A stretch of 64,000 nt of DNA from an uncultured Acidobacteriota bacterium (GCA_963764715.1 CAVXTP010000007.1:11298-75297), one strand, 5' to 3'. Positions 18,311 through 28,060 are shown, counted from the stretch's first letter. The notes: generated by a model from the sequence alone, not told the origin. Program-made: numbers and translations.

Positions 18311-21062
18311 TCAGGGGAGCTCGAACGTCCGGACGAGGAACGCCGCCATCTGTCCGCGCGTCGCCGCCGCGCCGGGACAGTAGACGCCCGCGCCGCAGCC
18401 TCCGGTGATGCCGCGCGCCGCGAGGTCCTCGATCCAGGGGTCGAAGATCGCGCCCGTGCAGGGAACGTCGGCGAAGACCGTTCCCGTGCAGGCGGGCGGA
18501 AGATAGCCCGAGCCGAGGTCGGTCTTCAGGAGGAAGGCGGACATCTGGGCGCGCGTCACGGCCGACGCCGGACAGTAGTTGCCGCCGCCGCAGCCTCCGG
18601 TGATGCCGCGCGCCGCGAGGTCTTCGATCCAGGGGTCGAAGGGGCCTCCCGTGCAGGGAACGTCGAGAAAGACCGCTCCGGAGCAGGGCGGCGGCGCATA
18701 GCCGGATCCGAGCTTCGACTTGAGCAGGAAGACCGCCATCTGCGCGCGGGTCAGGGAGGCGTTGCGGCAATAGAGCCCGCTACCGCAGCCGGCCGTCACG
18801 CCGTTGCGGACCAGCTTCTCGACGTCGCCGTGGAAGATGTCGCCCTGCGGCGACGTCGAGGAAGTCGGCGAAAAAGCCGCCGGGCAGGGTCCCGGCGAGC
18901 GGGCCGGAGATTTCGAGCGTGACGTCGTAGAGCGTCCCCGGGGGAAGCGCCGGCGTGGTCGCGTCCGCGCTCCCGCCCGACGTGACCGAGGCCAGCGGCG
19001 CCGCGACACCGCCGAACGTGATCGCGGCCCCCAACGCGAAGCCGCTTCCGGCGAGCACGACAGGGGTGCCGCCCGCGGACGGGCCGGACGACGGCGTCAC
19101 GGACGTGACGGTCGGCGGGTCGCCGGTTCCGACGATCGTGAAGATGGAAAAGACGCTCGTGTTCGACTGGCCGTCGGGATTGGTGACGGCGATCGGGTAC
19201 GGCCCGGACGCCGCGCCGGTGGTGTCGAGGTCGAGCGTCAACGACTTGGGACCGTTGTAGGCCACGCCGTTGACCACGACGCCGCCGCCGAGCGACGCCG
19301 CGATCCGCTTCGGAAAGCCGGGACCCGGGTCGAAGTAGTCGCCGTCGAGGGTTCCCGAAACGTCGACGAGGACCGAGGCGAGCCCGACGGACACGCTCGA
19401 CGGCACGGGCGAGACCGGGCGCGGCGGGGGCGGCGCCAGCACCTGCGCCACCTGCACGCCCCACGAGTCGTCGGCGTCGCAGTACTGCTGGATCGTCCAG
19501 AGCGTCATGTCGTCCTCCGGATCGACGCTCGTGAAGGAGTAGTCGCCCCATCGGCGGGGCGAGCCCGGATCCCCCGCCGGGTTGTACGCCGCAGCGGTCG
19601 ACGTGTACTCCACCGGGGGCTGCAGAACGCCGGCCGGGGTCGAGGCCAGGCGTTCCGTGACGGCCGCCTGGATCGGCTGGGCGGCTCCCGCGACGCTCGC
19701 GCCGAGAACGGCGCGGCCCTGGCCGGACACGGCGATCGCCGGCATCCAGTAGAAGCGCGGAGCGGCCGCGGCGGCGTCGAAAAGCGTCCCGGACTGGACG
19801 AGCGAGGGCGTGCCGGTCGAGACGTCGATCTCGTACCAGCGCGACCCGTCGCGGTCGCCGGGGGAATCGCCCGCGCCGTCGACCGCGATGTTGTGCGCGG
19901 TCCAGACGTGCCCGCCGCGCAGGCTCGCCGAGGAGAGCCGGTCGTCGAGCGCGTCGAGCTCCCCGCTCGGGCCGAAGAGGTTGCCGGCGTGAGGGACCGT
20001 CAGCGGCAGCGCCGTCGCCGGGACCGTCAGCGGAAGGTTGGCCGAGATCGAGGCGGGCGGCCAGGCGCCGGGAGCCGCGTACGCGAGCTTTCGAAAAACG
20101 AGCGTTCCGAAGCCGGCATTGTCGACGCCGACGATCCACGACTCGAGCGACGCGGCGTCGAAAAGGTCGTCGACGCCCTGCGGCGTGTAGGGGCCGGAGC
20201 CCGTCGGCGTACCGGTCAGGTTGCGGTAGGCGCGGGCGGCCCCGTTCGCGAGCAGGTTGCCGCCTCCCGACGTCAGGACCTCGCTCTTGCGGAGCGCGTG
20301 GACGGTGACTCCCTGGAAAGCGCCGGCGGCGTCGAAGATGTTGCCGCCGACGAGGAGCGCGTTGGCGTCGACGCCGAGAGACGCCGAGTCGAAGAAGGTG
20401 TTGGTGTCGCCGGCCGGATCGTCGAGGTCGTGCTGGAGGTAGAAGTACGTCCAGACGGTCGCGCCGGAGATGATCCCGTTCGACGCCGCGTCGGTCACGG
20501 CCACGAGCACCCGGTTGCTCCCGGTCTCGAAGGTCAGGGCGGTCACGAACCACCGCGCGGAGAGCCGGTCGTAACGGACGCGCGGCGTCCCCGTCCCGTC
20601 CCCGTTGCGCACGCTCGTGAAGAAGGTGTCGAGGTCGACGTCGAGGACGCCGTCGGCGGCTCCGGAGGCCTTCGCAAACGTGCGGATGCGGCCGTTGACG
20701 CCGACGAGAAACTGGTCCGGCCCGGCCGCCCCCATCGTGTCCGGCGGAAAGGCGCCGGAGTCGGCGAGGGTCGCGCCGAGAAAGCTCATCCCGACGGCGA
20801 GCGGGCTTTCCGGCCCGGCCGCCGCCTCCGGCGCGCGAGAGGCCGTGCCCCGCGGGGACGGCGCACCCGCCCGGAGGTTCCGCCGGTGGGCCGCCCGGCG
20901 CGGCGGAGTCGCGCGTGGCGCCGCTTTCGGCGCTTCGGCCGCGAGGGCCATGAGCTGGCGGACCGAGAGGCGGTACCCGCCCGCGTCGGCGGCGCCGGCC
21001 GTCGCCCGGCCGAGCGCAGCGAGCGCGAGGACGGACGCGGCCGCTCGAATTCTGGAGTGCAT
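18311..21062 (-). pseudogene. Secreted IPT/TIG + triple-SLH protein, frameshifted near 18851
   Basis: ORF 18780..21062 reads ...FFADFLDV then degenerates; SLH continues PQGDIFHGDVEKL in ORF 18311..19009; one extra base at the junction. Confidence 0.8.
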
Positions 21063-21114
21063 CTGGGCTCCCGTGCCGGGATGGGCGGTAGATTAGCAGC
21101 ACGGAGGTGCGTCG

Positions 21115-22119
21115 ATGCGATGGACGGCCGGTACGTTGGGGTTCCTCTGCGCGGCGGCGATGGCGGCGGCCGATCCGCCGACGCTGCGGTACGTCCCGAA
21201 GCACGACGAGCTGAAGTACACGTTCGGCGGCGTCGCTCCGACGCATCACATCGCCCCGGGAACGAGGATCATCAGCTGGACGGAGGATTGCTACGACGGC
21301 GCGGTGACCCAGCCCGGGCAGCTCCCGAGCAAGGTCCAGCCGGCCGGGCACGACAACCCGCAGACGGGACCGTTCTACGTGGACGGGGCGCAGCCGGGCG
21401 ACACGCTCGCGATCCACATCGAGAAGCTCGAGCCGGCGCGGGCCTACGGCATCTCCTCTCAGTTCCCCGGGTTCGGCGCCCTGTCCGGCACCGACCGCAC
21501 CGCGGTGCTCCAGCCGGATCTGCCCGAGCGCGTCTGGTTCTACGAGGTCGATCGCGCCCGGAACGTGGCGCGCACGCGCTCCTCCGACGGCAAGCGCTCC
21601 TGGGAGGTGCCGCTCGCGCCCTTCCTCGGATGTCTCGGCGTTTCGCCGCCGCACGGCGAGGCGCGGTCCACGATCGTGCCCGACAATTTCGGCGGCAACA
21701 TGGACTGCCCGGAAGTGCGCGCCGGCAACACCGTCTACCTCGGCGTGCGCGTCCCGGGAGGGCTCCTGTCCTTCGGCGACGGGCACTACGCCATGGGCGA
21801 CGGCGAGATCATCGGGACGGCCATCGAGGGAGCGATGAACGTCGAGCTGACGGTCGAGCTCATCAAGGGCCGGGAGACCCCGTGGCCGCGGATCGAGAAC
21901 GGCGAGTGGATGATGTCGCTCGGCGCGGCGCGGCCGCTCGAGGACGCCGCCCGCATCGCTTTCAAGGACATGGTCCAGTGGGTCATGGAGAAGAGCGGGC
22001 TCGACGCCCTGGACGCCTACCAGTTCGTCTCCCAGAACGCCGTCTCTCCCGTCGTCGAGATGGTCGATCCGCTCTACACCGTCATCGTCAAGATCCCCAA
22101 GGCCCGCCTGCCGAAATAG
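21115..22119 (+). CDS. Acetamidase/formamidase family protein, secreted
   Basis: NPQTGPFYVDGAQPGD, GGNMD, GDGHYAMGDGE. Confidence 0.92.
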   Translation: MRWTAGTLGFLCAAAMAAADPPTLRYVPKHDELKYTFGGVAPTHHIAPGTRIISWTEDCYDGAVTQPGQLPSKVQPAGHDNPQTGPFYVDGAQPGDTLAIHIEKLEPARAYGISSQFPGFGALSGTDRTAVLQPDLPERVWFYEVDRARNVARTRSSDGKRSWEVPLAPFLGCLGVSPPHGEARSTIVPDNFGGNMDCPEVRAGNTVYLGVRVPGGLLSFGDGHYAMGDGEIIGTAIEGAMNVELTVELIKGRETPWPRIENGEWMMSLGAARPLEDAARIAFKDMVQWVMEKSGLDALDAYQFVSQNAVSPVVEMVDPLYTVIVKIPKARLPK

Positions 22120-22120
22120 C

Positions 22121-23152
22121 GGGGTCAGGTCTTCATTTTTCGGATTTTCCGGGGCCCCGGCGGCTTCGCGACAATTCTCTTATGAATGGCTCGACCCTTG
22201 CGCCTCGAGCACGCCGGGGCCCTGTGGCATGTGACGAGCCGGGGGAATGAGCGACGAGCCATCTTCCGGAATGATGCCGACCGGAAGCGGTTTCTGTCGA
22301 TCCTCGCCGACACTGTCGAACGGTTCGCCTGGACGCTCCACGCCTACGTGCTCATGGGGAACCACTACCACCTGCTCCTGGAGACACCCGAGCCCAACCT
22401 TTCTCGCGGCATGCATCGGATCAACGCCATTTACTCGCAAGGGTTCAACAAGCTCCATGAGCGTGCGGGTCACCTGCTGCAGGGGCGCTTCAAGGCAATC
22501 CTGATCGAACGAGAGCCCCATCTGCTGGAGCTCGTCCGATACGTCGTCTTGAATCCGGTGCGCGCCGGGATTGCCGAGAGCGCCGGCGAGTGGCCGTGGA
22601 GCAACTACCGCGCGACCGCGGGACTGCAGCGTCCGCCGCAGTGGCTGGAAACCGCGTGGACCATCGGGCAGTTCGGGGGCGGCGAGGGGGCCCGGACCGC
22701 CTATCGGGAGTTCGTCGCCGCCGGAGCCGCGGGGCTCGCCGAGCCGTGGAAGCGCATTGCGGGTCAGCTCTTCCTCGGTGGCGAAGAATTTCGGCACCGG
22801 ATGCGGGAGCTGGTCAAGAACGTTTCCGTCAGCACGGAAGTGCCACGTGCGCAACGCCTTCCGAGCCGACCGTCGCTGGAGGAGGTCGTCGGCGCGTCGG
22901 CGCGAGTTCTGCAGGTCGACGCTCGCGAGGTCCGTCGACCGAAGCGAACGCCGCTGAGGCTGGCGATCTCCTACATCGCTCGACAAGACACTCTGACGAC
23001 TCTGGCGGATCTCGGAGGCGTCCTGTGCGTTTCGGCGTCGTCCGCCTGCGAGATCGCGGCGTCGGCGAGGCGTCTGCGGCAGCGGTCTCCCGAGTTTCGG
23101 ATGCTCCTGAAGAAGATCCGTTCCGAAATCCGAAAAATGAAGACCTGACCCC
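22121..23152 (+). mobile_element. 1032-bp element: HUH/Y1 transposase between perfect 27-bp terminal inverted repeats
   Basis: 22121-22147 GGGGTCAGGTCTTCATTTTTCGGATTT equals reverse complement of 23126-23152; no target-site duplication seen. Confidence 0.9.
22186..23148 (+). CDS. Y1 (HUH) tyrosine transposase, RAYT-like, with C-terminal HTH extension
   Basis: HVTSRGN, HUH motif NHYHLL, QGRFKA, RYVVLNPVRAG (catalytic Tyr), WPWSNY; stop codon inside the right inverted repeat. Confidence 0.92.
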   Translation: MARPLRLEHAGALWHVTSRGNERRAIFRNDADRKRFLSILADTVERFAWTLHAYVLMGNHYHLLLETPEPNLSRGMHRINAIYSQGFNKLHERAGHLLQGRFKAILIEREPHLLELVRYVVLNPVRAGIAESAGEWPWSNYRATAGLQRPPQWLETAWTIGQFGGGEGARTAYREFVAAGAAGLAEPWKRIAGQLFLGGEEFRHRMRELVKNVSVSTEVPRAQRLPSRPSLEEVVGASARVLQVDAREVRRPKRTPLRLAISYIARQDTLTTLADLGGVLCVSASSACEIAASARRLRQRSPEFRMLLKKIRSEIRKMKT

Positions 23153-23163
23153 ATAATACGTGC

Positions 23164-23841
23164 ATGCGGGTGTGGAAGAAGGTGGTGATCGGGCTCGGCG
23201 TGCTCGTCGTCCTCGCCGTCGGCGGCTTCACCTACATGATCGGCGGCCCGCGCAACCTGATCGGCATGCTGCGCTACGACCAGCGCGAAGAAGGGACGCT
23301 GAAGGTCGGCGACCGGGCGCCAGACGTCGGCCTCATCGCGCTCGACGGCTCGACGCCCGTCCGGCTCTCGAGCGAGCTCGGCGGAAAGCCGACGGTCCTG
23401 ATCTTCGGCAGCTTCACCTGACCCCCCTTCCGCCGCTCGGTCGAGCGGGTCCAGGCGATGCGCCGGAAGTACGCCGACCACGCGCGATTCGTCACGCTCT
23501 ACATCAAGGAAGCACACCCGCTCGACGAGTGGCAGATGGACTCGAACGTCGACGAGGGCGTCTGCTATCCGCAGCCCACGAATCTCGGCGACCGCCTGAA
23601 GATCGCCAACGACTTCGTCCGGCGCTTCCACTACGACGGCCCGATGTACGTCGACCCGATCGAGAACCCGGCCAACGCGGCCTACGCGGGCTGGCCCGAG
23701 CGCCTCTACGTCGTCGACGAGTCCGGCACGATCGTCTACAAGGGCAAGCCGGGGCCCTTCGGGTACCACCCCGAGGAGGTCGAGACCTGGCTCGCGAAAC
23801 GGTTCCCGGAGGTCAGCGCGCCGCCGGCGCCGGCCTCCTGA
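23164..23841 (+). CDS. Iodothyronine deiodinase-like selenoprotein (225 aa; UGA 23419-23421 = Sec86), N-terminal membrane anchor
   Basis: ORFs 23164..23421 and 23458..23841 share a frame; joined sequence VLIFGSFT-U-PPF...YIKEAHP...WPERLYVV...YKGKPGPFGYHPEEV follows the deiodinase consensus. Confidence 0.92.
23433..23448 (+). promoter_or_regulatory. Bacterial SECIS-like hairpin
   Basis: CCGCTC-GGTC-GAGCGG stem-loop beginning after an 11-nt spacer from the UGA; G/GU-containing apical loop. Confidence 0.75.
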
Positions 23842-24313
23842 ACTCGTTGCGCCGTTTCCAGAGGTACACGAGAATCGCCAGGTTGATCGCGAGCAGGACG
23901 TAGCGCCGCGCGCTGCCCGGCCGGCGCGCGATCTCGTAGATCTCGGCCGGCACCGCGGCCGCCGTCAGCAGGATCGTGAGATAGGGCGACCACCAGAGGC
24001 GCAGCAGGAGGCACGTGCCCTCGGCCGCGAAGACGAGCCCGATCACGACGGCGGCGAGGCCGAGCGCCTGGACCTGGCCCGGCGTGAAGGCTGAGAGAAT
24101 CGCGGCGACGTGCCGGACGGTGACCCGCCCTTCGTCGACGCCGAACGCGCGCGCGATCTCCAGGGGCTGGGAGTGGCCGGGCAGCCGGGCGATCCTCAGC
24201 GCGGCCACCCCGACGAGCAGGAAAGCGGCGCATTTGAGGAACTTGAACACGATGATCCCGACGAATCCGGCGGTCAGCGGCGGGCGAGCCGGGGGCGCTC
24301 CGGACGTGGGCAT
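23813..24313 (-). CDS. DUF2127-like membrane protein
   Basis: IIVFKFLK, AEGTCLLL, PAEIYE, INLAILVYL; tail of ORF 23813..25888. Confidence 0.8.
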   Translation of the reverse strand: MPTSGAPPARPPLTAGFVGIIVFKFLKCAAFLLVGVAALRIARLPGHSQPLEIARAFGVDEGRVTVRHVAAILSAFTPGQVQALGLAAVVIGLVFAAEGTCLLLRLWWSPYLTILLTAAAVPAEIYEIARRPGSARRYVLLAINLAILVYLWKRRNEFRRPAPAAR

Positions 24314-24400
24314 GGAAACCCGGAGTGTCCCACACCACCCCCGCGGGGCCCGTTTCCGGTTATGCTCGTCGGGCCCCGTTCGGGGCTTCGGAGGTCCTCG

Positions 24401-26344
24401 ATGTCCCCTGGCTCCACCCCCCGTCGCCGCATCGTCTTCGCGGTCGTCGGGTTTCTGTTCGCCCTCTCTCTCCGGGCCGCCACCTACCAGGCCGGCTCGG
24501 ACGCCGACCTCGCGCGCCGCGCGCCGGTGATCGTCCGGGCCTCGGTCGTCTCGAAGGAAGCGCGTCTCGAAAGCCTCGGCGGCCGGCTGCAGCCCTTCAC
24601 CTTCGTCACGCTGGCGACCCTGGAGAAGATCCGGGGAGAGGTTCCGGCGGCCTTCTCCGTCCGGCTCCCGGGAGGACGCGTCGGGGACACCGTGGCGTGG
24701 ATCCCCGGCACGCCCGTCTTTCGCGTCGGCGCCGAGGTCGTATTGCTCCTCGAGCGCGTCGAGGGGTCCGTGCGGACCTACCGGCTGACCGAGTTCGGCA
24801 TGTCGAAGTTCGACCTCGAGGCGGACGACGACGGACGCGTCTTCGCCGTGCGCCGTGCGTTCGACTCCCGGGAGGACATCGTCGCCGCCGACCGCGGCGA
24901 CGTCCTCGCCGCGCTCGACGAGAAGTCCACGATCCCGGCCCGCGACGCCGAGTCGTTCCTCGCGGCGCTGCGGGCGATCGGCGCCGGGCGGGAGCCGGGC
25001 GAGATCGCGTGGCGCGAGCGGTCGTCGAAGGACGGCGCCGGCCGCCGTCCGAAGTGGAGCAACATCGGCGGACGCGAACCGGGCGACTGCGACACCGACG
25101 GTCCGTGTCTCTTCCGGTGGTTCTGGGACACGGGGGCCTCGGTCGACGGGGTCGTGACCGTGACCGGGACCCAGACGAACCTGACGGCCGACGACGCGGC
25201 GGGCTGCGGCACCGACTCGATCTGCGACGTGCAGAACGGGATCGACGGCTGGACCGGGATCGCGGGGACCCACGTCGTGTACGGCGGCGTGTCGCCGGCG
25301 GGAAACGTGCGGATCGAGCTCGATTCGATCCGGGACTTCAACGGCGGCAGCGCCTGGACGACCGCCCTCGGCTGCGGCGGCGGGGTCATCGGCCTCGGCG
25401 GTCCCATGGAGGCGACCGGGCCCCGCACGTACCGCGGCGACGCCACCTACTACGCGACGCAGAGCGGCAACGTGTCGATGCGCAAGATCACGTGCGCCGC
25501 GGGCTACTCCGCCCGCACCTTCAAGACCGCCGTGATGCACGAGATCGGTCACACCCTCGGCCTCGGGCACCCCGACGACGACGTCAGCACGCACAGCACC
25601 ACCCCGTCGAGTGCGTGGACCGGCGCCGTGATGCACTCCGTCGTCCCCGCTTCGGCGCCCGAGGCCCCCCAGGCCGACGACATCCAGGGCATCGAGTATC
25701 TCTACACGACGGGCCCCCTCGGCACGCTGCCGTCGGCGAGCTTCACGTTCGCGCCGGCCGCGCCGGTCGCGGGCGCCCCGGTCCAGTTCACCGACGGCTC
25801 GGCCGGCGGCACGACGGTCTGGACGTGGAGCTTCGGCGACCCGAGCTCGGGCTCGAGCAACGCCTCGACGGCGCGCAACCCGAGCCACACCTTCGCGTCC
25901 CCCGGCGTCTACACGATCACTCTCGCCGCGGCGAGCCCGAGCGGAACGGGGACGACGTCGAAGACCGTGACGGTCGCGCCGGGATCGACCGCCTCGTGCA
26001 CGCCGAGCACGACGACGCTCTGCCTGAGCAGCAACCGCTTCGCGGTCACGGCCGCCTACCGCTCCAATCAGAGCAGCGGCAACGGAACGGGCACCGAGCT
26101 GACGGCCGACTCGGGCTACTTCACCTTCTTCAGCGCCGCCAACATCGAGGTCGTCGTCAAGGTCCTGAACGCCTGCGGGCTCCAGCCGCCCAGGTTCTGG
26201 GTCTTCGCGGCCGGCCTGACGAACGTCGAGGTCACGCTGACGGTGAGGGACACCGTGTCCGGCGCGGTCAAGACCTACGTCAACCCGCTCGGAACGCCGT
26301 ACGGCCCGGTCCAGGACACGAGCGCCTTCTCGACCTGCCCCTGA
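24401..26344 (+). CDS. Secreted matrixin (M10-like) metallopeptidase with PKD domain and Cys-bounded C-terminal domain
   Basis: GGAGG RBS; HEIGHTLGLGH, AVM Met-turn; WSFGD PKD; C-terminal CL..NRF...FWVFAAGLTNV...AFSTCP. Confidence 0.88.
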   Translation: MSPGSTPRRRIVFAVVGFLFALSLRAATYQAGSDADLARRAPVIVRASVVSKEARLESLGGRLQPFTFVTLATLEKIRGEVPAAFSVRLPGGRVGDTVAWIPGTPVFRVGAEVVLLLERVEGSVRTYRLTEFGMSKFDLEADDDGRVFAVRRAFDSREDIVAADRGDVLAALDEKSTIPARDAESFLAALRAIGAGREPGEIAWRERSSKDGAGRRPKWSNIGGREPGDCDTDGPCLFRWFWDTGASVDGVVTVTGTQTNLTADDAAGCGTDSICDVQNGIDGWTGIAGTHVVYGGVSPAGNVRIELDSIRDFNGGSAWTTALGCGGGVIGLGGPMEATGPRTYRGDATYYATQSGNVSMRKITCAAGYSARTFKTAVMHEIGHTLGLGHPDDDVSTHSTTPSSAWTGAVMHSVVPASAPEAPQADDIQGIEYLYTTGPLGTLPSASFTFAPAAPVAGAPVQFTDGSAGGTTVWTWSFGDPSSGSSNASTARNPSHTFASPGVYTITLAAASPSGTGTTSKTVTVAPGSTASCTPSTTTLCLSSNRFAVTAAYRSNQSSGNGTGTELTADSGYFTFFSAANIEVVVKVLNACGLQPPRFWVFAAGLTNVEVTLTVRDTVSGAVKTYVNPLGTPYGPVQDTSAFSTCP

Positions 26345-26350
26345 GCCGGG

Positions 26351-27532
26351 CTACGCGCGCCGCTTTCGCAGGTCGGCTCCCGCGAGCCGCCGCGACGCGT
26401 CCCGGAGGGTCGACTCCCGCTTCGCGAAGTTGAACCGCGCCTTCGTCTTCCCGCCCCCGCGGGCGTAAAAGCTCGAGCCCGGCACGGCGGTGACGCCGAC
26501 CTTCCGGGCGAGAAAGTCGACGAAGGCCTCGTCGTCCTTCCAGCCGAGCGCGGCGGCGTCGGCCATCACGTAGTAGGCGCCTTCGGGCGGCGAAAACGTG
26601 AGGCCGGCCGCCGACAGGGCCGAGAGCAGGATCTCGCGACGCGCCGCGTACTGGCGGCGCAGGTCGGCGTAGTAGGCGTCCGGCAGCGCCAGCGCCGCGA
26701 GGCCGGCGGCCTGGAAGAGCGTCGGCGCGCAGATCGTCAGGTAGTCGTGGACTTTGCGCACGAGGCCGGTCAGCCGCGGCGCGGCGACGGCCCAGCCCAC
26801 CCGCCAGCCGGTCACGGCGTAGGTCTTGCCGAGCCCCGAGAGCGTCACCGTCCGGTCCTCCATGCCGGGCAGGGACCCGAGGCTGACGTGGCGGTGCGGC
26901 TCGAACCAGATGTGCTCGTAGATCTCGTCGGTGACGGCGACGAGGCCGTGGCGCTGGCAGACCTTCGCGATCTCCGCCAGCTCCTCGCGGGAGAAGACGC
27001 GGCCCGACGGATTGCCGGGCGTGTTGACGAGGACGAGCCGGGTGCGGGGTGTGATCGCCCTCGCGAGGCGGCCCGGGTCGAGGCGGAAATCGCGGCCCGT
27101 GAGCGGGACGAAGCGCGGCCGGACGCCGGCGAGAACGCAGGCGGGCACGTAATTCTCGTACCAGGGCTCGAAGATCACGGCCTCGTCTCCGGGCTCGGTC
27201 AGCGCGAGGACCGCCGCGGCGACCGCCTCCGAGACGCCGCAGGTGATCGTGACCTCGGTGTCGGGGTCGGCGCGGATCCCGTTGAGGCGCCCGGTCTTGG
27301 CGGCGACGGCGGCGCGGAACTCCGGCATGCCCCACGTAAATCCGTACTGGTGGCTCGCCGGGTCTTCGGCGGCTCTCGCCAGCGCGGCGACGAGCGATGC
27401 GGGAGGCTCGAAGTCGGGCAGCCCCTGCGCGAGGTTCACGCCGCCGACCTCGGCATGGAGCCGCGTCATCTCCCGGATCACGGACTCGCAGAACGGACGC
27501 GTGCGCCGGGAGAGGGCGCGGACCGAAGTCAT
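26351..27532 (-). CDS. PLP-dependent aminotransferase class I/II
   Basis: NLAQGLPD, NTPGNPSG, DEIYE, SGLGKTYAVTGWRVG. Confidence 0.95.
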   Translation of the reverse strand: MTSVRALSRRTRPFCESVIREMTRLHAEVGGVNLAQGLPDFEPPASLVAALARAAEDPASHQYGFTWGMPEFRAAVAAKTGRLNGIRADPDTEVTITCGVSEAVAAAVLALTEPGDEAVIFEPWYENYVPACVLAGVRPRFVPLTGRDFRLDPGRLARAITPRTRLVLVNTPGNPSGRVFSREELAEIAKVCQRHGLVAVTDEIYEHIWFEPHRHVSLGSLPGMEDRTVTLSGLGKTYAVTGWRVGWAVAAPRLTGLVRKVHDYLTICAPTLFQAAGLAALALPDAYYADLRRQYAARREILLSALSAAGLTFSPPEGAYYVMADAAALGWKDDEAFVDFLARKVGVTAVPGSSFYARGGGKTKARFNFAKRESTLRDASRRLAGADLRKRRA

Positions 27533-27655
27533 CGGACCCGGATTATGACGCGGTGCGGCGCAGGTTCGGCTTCGGCGCGAACGGCTTCGGTGCTAACATT
27601 CGTCGAACCTGGCGCTCTCGGGTGCGACGCTTCGGTTCGAGGAGGGGAGAACCGC

Positions 27656-28060
27656 ATGGCAGGATGGGGCCGGGATCAACACCAGCCGGAGCCCTGGACG
27701 TACGAGGGCCGCGCGATCCTGAACGCCGCCGGGTGGACGCTGGCCAAGACGATCTTCGAGGCCGACGCCCGCCGCATCGTGGCCGCCGTCAACGACGTCC
27801 TGGGGATCCCGACGGCCGCCCTGGAGTCGGGCTTCATCCGCGAGATCCTGGTTCCGCGGCCCGAATCCACGAGCGCGGTGACGATCCGGATCCACCCGCT
27901 GCCGGCCGAAACGGCCGCGCTCGACCCGGCGGAGTTCTTCATCCACGACCGCCGCGTCGGCGACCGGCGGCAGGGCGACCGCCGCAAGGGCGATCGTCGC
28001 CGCGGAATGGCCGAAAACCCGCGGATCTTCTCGGTCGCCGACGGGTCCTCGGGCCGCTAA
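27656..28060 (+). CDS. Hypothetical protein with C-terminal DRR-x-G repeats
   Basis: GAGGAGGGG RBS region; HDRRVGDRRQGDRRKGDRRRG; tail of ORF 26747..28060. Confidence 0.7.
   Translation: MAGWGRDQHQPEPWTYEGRAILNAAGWTLAKTIFEADARRIVAAVNDVLGIPTAALESGFIREILVPRPESTSAVTIRIHPLPAETAALDPAEFFIHDRRVGDRRQGDRRKGDRRRGMAENPRIFSVADGSSGR

Noticed and set aside
18840-18860. Programmed ribosomal frameshift
   Set aside because: No slippery sequence or homopolymer at the junction
23164-23421. Treating the 85-aa and 127-aa ORFs as two genes or a nonsense pseudogene
   Set aside because: The stop is TGA exactly at the deiodinase Sec position with a SECIS-like hairpin; recoding explains it better
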